NCBI RefSeq assembly: GCF_000009045.1
Contig: NC_000964.3
Span: 1,380,001 to 1,412,000 of the forward strand
Direction of reading: 5' to 3'
DNA length: 32,000 nt
Origin: Bacillus subtilis subsp. subtilis str. 168
Lineage (GTDB): Bacteria > Bacillota > Bacilli > Bacillales > Bacillaceae
Position numbers and translations under genes: made by a program. Every line of letters starts with the position of its first letter. The first letter of the stretch is position 1. Under the pieces are notes generated by a model. It ran no database searches. It was not told the origin of the DNA and saw only the letters and a list, made by a program, of their open reading frames with translations. Positions 24,530-31,891 of this stretch are shown one piece after another.

Positions 24530-26353
24530 CTTCAACTGATGCAATATAGCGCTAAGCGGTTCGTCTTGCGGGTTGCGGTAAAAATCAAAAAATGGGCAGC
24601 CCTGCTTCTTAATTCGATCGATGACCGTATCAATTGTAAACAGAGCGGGTGTTAAAGATGATTGCACCTCATGCCAGTAGAGCGGGGCTGCAACAGTCCC
24701 AAGCTCATTTCCTCTCGTTGAATAGGGACAGATAATCGTTTTTCCTTCTGCATGCTGCAAATAATCAAGATACAATTTGCAGTGTCTGTTTTTAATCAAG
24801 CGTTCAGTGGTAAAGAGCTCGGGAAATGCATTGGTGCAGTACTCTGCGATCAGCTGCGTAAATTGGCGTGTTTCTTCATACGTAAATGCCTCGGGAGACA
24901 AGGGAATATAAAGCTGGATGCCTTTGTTGCCGGACAGCTTCGGGTACGATGTGATGCCAAAGGAATCCAACAGCCGCTTCAGTTCATTTGCGGCCTGCAC
25001 GGCCATAAGAAAGTCATCTCGCGAAGGCGGGTCTAAATCAATGACAATCTCAGCCGGACGCCTGCTTTTAATGGTTTGAAAAGGAACGTGAAACTCCAAA
25101 GCAAGCTGGTTGCAAAGCCATAGCAATGTAGACATATCCTCACAGACAATATGTTCATGGCTTCCATCATAGAAAGACTGAACAAAATCCGGCGCATAGT
25201 CCGGCTTGTTTTTTTGGAAAAATGATTCGCTCCTAGATCCATGCGGATAGCGGATGACGGTGACAGCCCGGTTTTTCAGAAATGGGAGCAGGTAGTCACT
25301 GACTTCAATCATATACTGAATAAAATCTTCTTTTGTTTTTTTATTCTTTTCAAATATGATTTTATCCAGGCTTGTGAACTGGAGCTTTGGGTGAACCGGT
25401 TTGGAGTGTCGTATGACTTGCGCATACGTGCATTCGGTCCAGTCCATTTGGAATTCGAAACCGATAAACGATACCTCTCTTAATGTGCCTTGGAGAATTG
25501 TTAAGTATTGAACAGCTGCACAAATCGAAGGTTCAAGCGTAAATTCGCCTGAGGGTGTTTGATGTCCGTGCTGTTCCATAATCTCGCGTATAGCGCTTTT
25601 TTCCTCATCACGCATTCCGTGCGAGACAGAGGCAATCGGTGTCATTATTCCGTTTTTTAACACCGATACCGTCAGAAACCCGTTGTTAGGGTTGAACCCT
25701 GTTATGCAAACATAAGCTTGTTTAAAGTTTTTATATTTGAGCCAATCGGACGACCGCTTCTTTTCAAGCCATTTGCTGTTTGTTTTCTTCGCTACAATTC
25801 CTTCTCCGTCATATTTTATTACCATCTCCCAGAGTTGATCAAAATGATCATAACAGGGAATGGATTGAATGGTTTCTTTTGCGTAAGGATCTGGAGATGC
25901 AGGAAGCTTTGCTGCGGATATGAGTTCACGCAGCGATTTTTTGCGGTCCAAATACGAAAGAAGCGTTACATCTTCTCCGCTTCGCTCTAACAAATCAAAG
26001 GCGAGAAAGCAGCACGGCCGCGCGTTTGCCGATTCCTGAATCTTGTCTGGCCTTTTCAAACGCCCCCGCACTTGAAGGTGTTCAAAATCTGCACGACAGG
26101 GATTCACCAAACATACGATTTCACCGTCAAGTGTCAGCGGAAGCTCTTTTTCTAGGTGCTGAAAGGCAGTTTTGGCGAATTGTGTGATTTCAGGGAAGGT
26201 GCTGCTGAGCTCCACACCATTTCTGCTGGTTAAGGTCACACCTGAAGAATGGATGCGGAGAATACAGCGGTACCCATCATATTTTACTTCGTAACGCCAT
26301 TCTGCTCCGATTGGCGGTGACGAAGTTAAGACCGGCTGCATGGTAAACGCCAT
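24518..26353 (-). CDS. ligD: NHEJ DNA ligase D (N-terminal ATP-dependent ligase domain, C-terminal primase-polymerase domain, no nuclease domain)
   Basis: 611 aa. The adenylation motif I is EVKYDGYR. The polymerase-domain metal site is VIDLDP. The ATG lies 3 nt after the ku stop, with no SD of its own. Confidence 0.95.
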   Translation of the reverse strand: MAFTMQPVLTSSPPIGAEWRYEVKYDGYRCILRIHSSGVTLTSRNGVELSSTFPEITQFAKTAFQHLEKELPLTLDGEIVCLVNPCRADFEHLQVRGRLKRPDKIQESANARPCCFLAFDLLERSGEDVTLLSYLDRKKSLRELISAAKLPASPDPYAKETIQSIPCYDHFDQLWEMVIKYDGEGIVAKKTNSKWLEKKRSSDWLKYKNFKQAYVCITGFNPNNGFLTVSVLKNGIMTPIASVSHGMRDEEKSAIREIMEQHGHQTPSGEFTLEPSICAAVQYLTILQGTLREVSFIGFEFQMDWTECTYAQVIRHSKPVHPKLQFTSLDKIIFEKNKKTKEDFIQYMIEVSDYLLPFLKNRAVTVIRYPHGSRSESFFQKNKPDYAPDFVQSFYDGSHEHIVCEDMSTLLWLCNQLALEFHVPFQTIKSRRPAEIVIDLDPPSRDDFLMAVQAANELKRLLDSFGITSYPKLSGNKGIQLYIPLSPEAFTYEETRQFTQLIAEYCTNAFPELFTTERLIKNRHCKLYLDYLQHAEGKTIICPYSTRGNELGTVAAPLYWHEVQSSLTPALFTIDTVIDRIKKQGCPFFDFYRNPQDEPLSAILHQLKKKS

Positions 26354-26356
26354 GCG

Positions 26357-27292
26357 CTATGATGTGCCGGAGGCTTTTTTTCTAGTTGTTTTTTGTTTTT
26401 TATCTCCGGCTCCTTTCGGTTCAGCGGCTTGTGCAGGTGCGGCAGCCGGTGTCTCCCGGTTCGGCCTTCTGGTTCTGTCGATGCTGGCTTGCAGAGCGCT
26501 TACCAGGTCAATGACATCTTCACGAGGTGGCGCTTTATCAGGAGTGACAGCCGTTTCTTTATTTTCTAGCTTGTCGTTGACTCTTTGCAGCAGCGCCTGT
26601 CGGTACGTGTCTTCATATTTCTCAGGCTCAAACTTAGCAGTCAGTTCATCTATTAATGTGATAGCAGTTTGCAGTTCCTTATCGTTTACATTCGATTGAT
26701 CAGGTACACCTGGGACTTGAGCGGCGCTTCTGACCTCATCGGGATAATGGATAGACTCCATGACGATACAATTTTCATAAACGCGGAGAATCGCCAGCTG
26801 CTGCTTTGACCTGATTGTCATATTGGCGATACCGATCTTTCCGGTTGAGCGCAGCGCCTCACGCAGCAGGGTATAGGCCTTCGTCCCATTATCCCCGGGG
26901 CCGACAAAGTAGGAGCGGTTAAAATAAATCGGATCAATTTCCTGAAGCTGAACAAAGTCAACAATCTCAACTGCTTTCTCCTCATGCTCCTGTTTTAAGC
27001 TTTTTAAATCTTCGTCTGTCAGCACTACATATTTTCCTTTTACATATTCATATCCCTTCACAATTTCATCAGGACTAAGAGTTTTTTCGCAATTTGTGCA
27101 AACTTTCTCGTATTTGATTGGTGCGTGATCCTCTTTATGGAGGCTGCGCAGTTTAATATCTTTATCTTCTGTGGCCGCATATAGCTTGATGGGGATGTTT
27201 ACTAATCCGAAGCTGATCGATCCCTTCCACATTGTATGCATATCGATAAACCCCTTTTTTTCTTTAGTGTGAAGAGAAGGAGTACGATTCAT
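26357..27292 (-). CDS. ku: NHEJ Ku homodimer protein. The start is ambiguous: 27292 gives the longest ORF (311 aa, no SD), while 27241 gives 294 aa, has an SD, and aligns with other Ku N-termini.
   Basis: The Ku core starts at MHTMWKGSISFGLVNIPIKLYAAT. A basic Lys-rich C-terminal tail (KGAGDKKQKTTRKKASGTS) is present. AAAGGGG lies 9 nt before ATG 27241. Confidence 0.93.
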   Translation of the reverse strand: MNRTPSLHTKEKKGFIDMHTMWKGSISFGLVNIPIKLYAATEDKDIKLRSLHKEDHAPIKYEKVCTNCEKTLSPDEIVKGYEYVKGKYVVLTDEDLKSLKQEHEEKAVEIVDFVQLQEIDPIYFNRSYFVGPGDNGTKAYTLLREALRSTGKIGIANMTIRSKQQLAILRVYENCIVMESIHYPDEVRSAAQVPGVPDQSNVNDKELQTAITLIDELTAKFEPEKYEDTYRQALLQRVNDKLENKETAVTPDKAPPREDVIDLVSALQASIDRTRRPNRETPAAAPAQAAEPKGAGDKKQKTTRKKASGTS

Positions 27293-27328
27293 GTGTAGTA
27301 ACTTATGGGTGAAAAAAAGCCGGCGCTG

Positions 27329-29731
27329 TTATTGCGACGGCTGTTCAATAATGAATTGTTCGAATTGTTCCGGAGGTATTGGCCTGCTGAAAAAGAAGCC
27401 CTGCAAATGGTCGCAGCCTTTTTCAAAAAGAAGCTGCTTTTGAGCTGCATTTTCCACACCTTCGGCAATCACCTGCAAAGACAGCTGATGCCCCATGGCA
27501 ATAATAGCTCCGGTAATTTGCTCTGATTTAGGATGGGTCTGAATATCGTCAATAAATGATTTGTCAATCTTCAGCCTGTGAATCGGGAAGTCCTTCAAAT
27601 AGCTAAGAGAGCTGTGACCAGTACCGAAATCGTCAATACTGATTCTGATTCCTAATTCTGTTAGGGATGACAAAACCTTTTTGGAGTGATTGAGATTGTC
27701 CATTGTCATGCTTTCCGTCACCTCCACTTCAAGAAGCTGCGGAGGAAGCTGGTACTTATTAAGCGTATCCTTGATGAGGGGAATCAGATCTTTAGATTGA
27801 AACTGTCTGGCGGAAATATTAATGGCGACAGAAAGATCATAGCCTTTGTCATGCCAAATCCTTGCCTGCTTGCATGCTTCATCTATAATCCACTTTCCGA
27901 TATCAATAATAAGTCCCGTTTCTTCTGCAACACCGATGAATTCTCCGGGCGGACGCAGTTGCCCGTCTGGTGTCACAAGGCGTATCAGTGCTTCTGCTCC
28001 TGTCATTTTTTGTTTTTTCACACTGAATTGCGGCTGATAATGCAAGACAAATCTATCGTTTTCGATTGCTTCTCTGAGTACCATCTCTTGGTTAAGCTTA
28101 ACGGTTTCTTTGTTGCCGATTGAAAAAGAATAGTATCTGTATTTGCTTTTGTTTCGTTCTTTAGCCGCATACATCGCCATATCAGCCTTTTTCATCAATT
28201 CAAGGCCATCCGTCCCGTCTTTTGGAGATATCGCAATCCCGATACTGACAGATGTGACAAGGGTGTGATCTTGAATTTTGAAAGGTTTTTTGAATTTTTG
28301 GATAATTTTTCTTGCTAAAACATCTGCTTCGCCTGTTCCTGTATTGGCGTCTGTTAATATAATAATAAATTCATCACCGCCAAGACGGGCGATAAATCCG
28401 TTATCAGGGACTACAGATGACAGGCGTTTAGCTGCAAACTGAAGCAATTGATCACCGACATTATGCCCTAATGCATCGTTAATCACTTTAAACCGGTTTA
28501 AGTCAAGAAAGAATACAACAGTGTTATAATGCAAGGAATGCTCGCGATTCAGCACCTTTGTTAGATGAGAGATGGCATGCCTTCTGTTAGGTAAGTCTGT
28601 AAGCGAATCATAATGAGCCATTCTATGGATTTCTTTTTCTGCTTTGTACTGCTTCGTCATGTCTTTACAAATGACATAAATGCTGTCTAGTTCCTGATTG
28701 ACCTCAACAGGTATAAGCGTAATATTTAAGTGAAACTGGCCTTTTTCAGTGATAAGATCGCTATCGCTGTTCATCGCTTGTTTATCTTTTTTAACTTGCT
28801 CAAAAAGGCGCTTAACCTTCAGTGATGTGTAATTCCTCCAGTCATGCATGCTGAAGCCAAATTTGCTGATCATTTCCTCACCAGCGTGATTGGAAGATAT
28901 TATGTCTCCTTCTAATGATAAAATAAAAATTGCATCAATATTGTGGACGATTAAAGACTGAAATCGCTGTTCGTTATCCTTTATGCGTTCGCTCTGTTTA
29001 ATAAACTTTCGATCTGCATGGGAACTGAATAACAATAACGTTTGGATACAAAAAATAATTAAAGTAACAAAAATTGACCAATGAAACGTTTGCACCTCCA
29101 TATGGCTTCCGGGCGGAGCCATGTCCTTATGGAAAGTTGCCGCAAGCATCCCTGTGTAGTGCATGCCCGAAATCCCAATGCCCATTACAATTGAACTGAC
29201 GCCTTTATAGAATATAAGATGCTCAGAATGTTTTTTTACGGCCAAGTCAAAGAATATTTTTAACGAGACGAAAGAGGCTGCAATCGCAATGATAATTGAA
29301 ACTGTAAATAAAATAGGTTCGTAAATAATCATTACCCGGGAAATGGCAGACATTCCGATATAGTGCATAGAAGCAATAGATGCGCCAAGCACAACTGATC
29401 CGGTAAGCAGTCTGTAATATGTAAGAATGTGCCGGCTGACAAAATATAATGACACAAATGATCCCGAAACAGATGCGCCAATGGCTGCCATTAAAGGCAT
29501 GAATTCATATTCCATCGGCATTTCCATATGGACGGCCATCATCCCTACAAAATGCATTGACCAAATACCGAATCCCATAATAAGTGAGCCGCCGATCAGC
29601 CAAATTTTACTTTTTAAGCCTGTATTGATGGTGACTTTCCTTGAAAGTTCAAGGGAAATATACGAGGCGGTACAGGCAATTAGAATAGATAAACATATGA
29701 GAGTCGTATTATATGTAACGTGTATTTCCAA
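27329..29731 (-). CDS. dgcW: MHYT-PAS-GGDEF-EAL membrane signalling protein (diguanylate cyclase DgcW)
   Basis: 800 aa with a TTG start after GGGGGG. Three MHYT-type motifs are present (SMHFVGM, SMHYIGM, GMHYTGM). Also present are RLGGDEFII (GGDEF), EALIRL (EAL) and DDFGTGHSSLSYL. Confidence 0.94.
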   Translation of the reverse strand: MEIHVTYNTTLICLSILIACTASYISLELSRKVTINTGLKSKIWLIGGSLIMGFGIWSMHFVGMMAVHMEMPMEYEFMPLMAAIGASVSGSFVSLYFVSRHILTYYRLLTGSVVLGASIASMHYIGMSAISRVMIIYEPILFTVSIIIAIAASFVSLKIFFDLAVKKHSEHLIFYKGVSSIVMGIGISGMHYTGMLAATFHKDMAPPGSHMEVQTFHWSIFVTLIIFCIQTLLLFSSHADRKFIKQSERIKDNEQRFQSLIVHNIDAIFILSLEGDIISSNHAGEEMISKFGFSMHDWRNYTSLKVKRLFEQVKKDKQAMNSDSDLITEKGQFHLNITLIPVEVNQELDSIYVICKDMTKQYKAEKEIHRMAHYDSLTDLPNRRHAISHLTKVLNREHSLHYNTVVFFLDLNRFKVINDALGHNVGDQLLQFAAKRLSSVVPDNGFIARLGGDEFIIILTDANTGTGEADVLARKIIQKFKKPFKIQDHTLVTSVSIGIAISPKDGTDGLELMKKADMAMYAAKERNKSKYRYYSFSIGNKETVKLNQEMVLREAIENDRFVLHYQPQFSVKKQKMTGAEALIRLVTPDGQLRPPGEFIGVAEETGLIIDIGKWIIDEACKQARIWHDKGYDLSVAINISARQFQSKDLIPLIKDTLNKYQLPPQLLEVEVTESMTMDNLNHSKKVLSSLTELGIRISIDDFGTGHSSLSYLKDFPIHRLKIDKSFIDDIQTHPKSEQITGAIIAMGHQLSLQVIAEGVENAAQKQLLFEKGCDHLQGFFFSRPIPPEQFEQFIIEQPSQ

Positions 29732-29849
29732 ATGGAGATTCCCCCCGTATCGTGTGTTCCAGTCTTGTTGACTCTCTTTATTATCGGCTGCTTAACCGCA
29801 GAGTTTCAGCCTTCAAAACGATAGAAATACGAGGGAGATCTATTTTTAG

Positions 29850-29879
29850 TTCAACTGACCGTGAAAAATGTGTTAAAAT
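29850..29879 (+). promoter_or_regulatory. candidate sigma-A promoter of ykoX
   Basis: TTCAAC (29850-29855), 18 nt, TAAAAT (29874-29879), with TGT immediately upstream (extended -10). Confidence 0.4.
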
Positions 29880-29911
29880 CATCTTGATGTTTTCCGAAAA
29901 GAGAAAAATGT

Positions 29912-30577
29912 ATGATACATAAACATGAAACAAGGGAGTTGGTGGCTATCGAAGAGCTGGTTATGTCATGGATTGAAGCATTTAAAAGCTTATCTTATTT
30001 TGGAATATTTCTAGCGCTCAGCATTGAGTTTATTCCGGCCGAAGTCGTCTTGCCGCTTGCGGGCTATTGGGTATCTAAAGGCGATATGACACTTGCTGGC
30101 GTTGTTTTGGCAGGATCGCTTGGAGGAGTGGCCGGTCCGCTTACGCTGTATTGGATAGGCCGGTACGGAGGAAGGCCGTTTCTTGAACGTTTTGGGAAGT
30201 ATCTCTTTATTAAACCTGAAGCGCTTGATAAGTCAGATAATTTTTTCAAAAAACATGGGGGCTTTGTCGCCTTCAGCGGCCGTTTCTTGCCTGGTATCAG
30301 GACATTGATTTCCATACCGTGCGGAATTGCAAAAATGAATGTTTGGGTGTTTTCGCTTTATACATTCATTGCTATGCTTCCGATTACATTTGTATATGTT
30401 TATCTCGGTGTGAAGCTCGGTGAAAATTGGAAGGCAGTCGGCTCTATTCTTGATCAATATATGCTTCCGATCGGGATAGCGATTTTGGCGCTGTTCCTGC
30501 TCTACTTACTGATGAAAAAGAGGAAGAAACGCACGCACTCCGAACAATTATCTGTATTTTTGAAAAATAAACGTTGA
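29912..30577 (+). CDS. ykoX: DedA-family (SNARE-associated/VTT domain) membrane protein
   Basis: 221 aa with DedA-like motifs (FIPAEVVLPLAGY...GRFLPGIRTLISIPCG). The SD is weak, so the start is less certain. Confidence 0.85.
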   Translation: MIHKHETRELVAIEELVMSWIEAFKSLSYFGIFLALSIEFIPAEVVLPLAGYWVSKGDMTLAGVVLAGSLGGVAGPLTLYWIGRYGGRPFLERFGKYLFIKPEALDKSDNFFKKHGGFVAFSGRFLPGIRTLISIPCGIAKMNVWVFSLYTFIAMLPITFVYVYLGVKLGENWKAVGSILDQYMLPIGIAILALFLLYLLMKKRKKRTHSEQLSVFLKNKR

Positions 30578-30602
30578 CAAATCACTGCGCTGCGCATATT
30601 AT
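30574..30602 (+). promoter_or_regulatory. sigma-A promoter of the ykoY leader
   Basis: Consensus TTGACA (30574-30579, overlapping the ykoX stop TGA at 30575-30577), 17 nt, TATTAT (30597-30602). Confidence 0.8.
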
Positions 30603-30619
30603 TGACGTATAAAATCATA

Positions 30620-30767
30620 TTTCTTGAAATCCCAAAGGGGAGTAGCGTCCGGAATGTATTCCGGAAACAAAGTCGTCATTTCATGGATTGTATCCATCGG
30701 CTTTGTTGGCATGCCTGAATTCATGTCTAGCAAGACCTTTGCCTTATGTCGGCAAAGGTCTTTTTTG
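30620..30767 (+). promoter_or_regulatory. yybP-ykoY (Mn2+) riboswitch with terminator
   Basis: AAAGGGGAGTAGCGTCCGGAA...GGAAACAAAGTCGTC...GGCTTTGTTGGCATGCCTG matches the conserved motif. It is followed by the terminator AAGACCTTTGCC (30732-30743) / GGCAAAGGTCTT (30751-30762) plus a T run. Confidence 0.9.
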
Positions 30768-30833
30768 CATGGTCCGGCCGGCATAAGATCGGATGAAGAG
30801 AAAGAAAACAACTTTTTTGGGAGGGTATCATTT

Positions 30834-31628
30834 ATGGATGCAGCATTATTATTAGAGTATGGTTGGGTTCTTCTCGTCTTGATCGGGCTGGAAGGGATTT
30901 TAGCCGCCGATAACGCGCTGGTTATGGCGGTAATGGTAAAACATTTGCCGGAGGAAAAAAGAAAAAAAGCGTTATTTTATGGATTGGCAGGGGCTTTTGT
31001 TCTGCGATTTGGCTCTTTATTTGCAATTTCTTTCTTGGTCAACGTATGGCAGGTTCAAGCGATTGGCGCGATCTATTTGCTGTATATCTCAGCAAGCCAC
31101 TTATTGAAAAGATATGTATTTAAGAAAGAAGACACACATAAAGAGACGAAGCAAAGCGGTTTTTGGCCGACTGTTTTAAAAGTTGAACTGGCAGATATCG
31201 CGTTTGCTGTTGATTCCATCTTAGCAGCAGTAGCGCTGGCGGTTACACTTCCTGGGACATCACTCCCGAAGATCGGCGGACTTGACGGAGGACAATTTCT
31301 CGTCATTTTGGCCGGCGGTATCATCGGACTGGTGATCATGCGGTTTGCGGCTTCCATGTTTGTGAAGTTATTAAAGGAACGTCCAAGCCTAGAAACAGCA
31401 GCCTTTGTGATTGTCGGCTGGGTCGGAGTGAAGCTTGCTTTATATACGCTTGCCCATCGCGACATAGCGGTTGTTTCTGAGCACTTTATCCATTCTGGAA
31501 CATGGAAGCTGATATTCTGGGGTGTCTTAGCAGCAATCGCGGTTTGCGGCTGGTTTATGTCAGGTGGGAAAAAACAGCCGGAGGGTGCACAAAACGAACA
31601 AAAAAACAGCACCCGTGAACGGGCGTAA
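30834..31628 (+). CDS. ykoY: TerC-family membrane protein (Mn2+ efflux / exoenzyme metalation)
   Basis: 264 aa counted from ATG 30834 (MDAALLLEYGWVLLVLIGLEGILAADNALVMAV...) after GGGAGGG. The ORF-track start at 30624 would read through the riboswitch and its terminator. Confidence 0.92.
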   Translation: MDAALLLEYGWVLLVLIGLEGILAADNALVMAVMVKHLPEEKRKKALFYGLAGAFVLRFGSLFAISFLVNVWQVQAIGAIYLLYISASHLLKRYVFKKEDTHKETKQSGFWPTVLKVELADIAFAVDSILAAVALAVTLPGTSLPKIGGLDGGQFLVILAGGIIGLVIMRFAASMFVKLLKERPSLETAAFVIVGWVGVKLALYTLAHRDIAVVSEHFIHSGTWKLIFWGVLAAIAVCGWFMSGGKKQPEGAQNEQKNSTRERA

Positions 31629-31632
31629 TCTG

Positions 31633-31664
31633 AAAGACTCTGCTTAAAAGCAGAGTCTTTTTGT
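31633..31664 (+). terminator. rho-independent terminator of ykoY
   Basis: Stem AAAGACTCTGC (31633-31643) / GCAGAGTCTTT (31650-31660), followed by TTGTGTTT. Confidence 0.85.
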
Positions 31665-31693
31665 GTTTGAAGCGTTTTCATAAGCGAAATAAA

Positions 31694-31710
31694 ATAACAT
31701 TTTTATAACA
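31694..31710 (-). promoter_or_regulatory. WalR-type direct repeat upstream of sigI
   Basis: The minus strand reads TGTTAT-AAAAA-TGTTAT, an exact fit to TGTWAH-N5-TGTWAH. WalR has been reported to activate sigI. Confidence 0.55.
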
Positions 31711-31736
31711 TCTTTGTTACAAAAAACACGCATAAA

Positions 31737-31765
31737 ACCCCCTTAATTCTTTAGAAAGGCACGAA
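31737..31765 (+). promoter_or_regulatory. SigI-dependent (autoregulatory) promoter of sigI-rsgI
   Basis: ACCCCC (31737-31742) and CGAA (31762-31765) are the signature -35 and -10 elements described for SigI promoters. Confidence 0.7.
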
Positions 31766-31891
31766 ATCATGTATAGAACGTCAGAATGGTTTGTCATAAT
31801 TGAGACATTGGAAATCAATATTTCTTTTTCTCCTTTGCGAATCCCTATCAAATTAGCTATCATTAATGAGTAGTTATAGGGAGGAACTGAG

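Noticed and set aside
26340-26699. 119-aa plus-strand ORF antisense to the ku 3' end.
   Set aside because: The low-complexity Ala/Ser/Leu sequence is generated by the reverse frame of the Lys/Ala/Pro-rich Ku tail. There is no SD and no promoter.
27310-27335. A hairpin plus T7 run after dgcW, considered as a confident terminator feature.
   Set aside because: The stem is only 4-5 bp (AGCCG/CGGCT) with a loop of about 15 nt. That is too weak to list as a feature, so it is mentioned only in the dgcW finding.
24518-29731. The idea that ligD-ku-dgcW form one novel c-di-GMP-linked repair or defence operon.
   Set aside because: The ku-ligD pair has a plausible forespore-type promoter of its own. 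A T7-tailed, though weak, hairpin follows dgcW. All three products are members of known families with independent roles. The adjacency alone is not evidence for a system.
31073-31681. 202-aa minus-strand ORF antisense to ykoY.
   Set aside because: It lies entirely within the TerC-family gene and spans its terminator. The Ala/Ser/Pro-rich sequence is typical of the reverse frame of a membrane protein. It has no SD.
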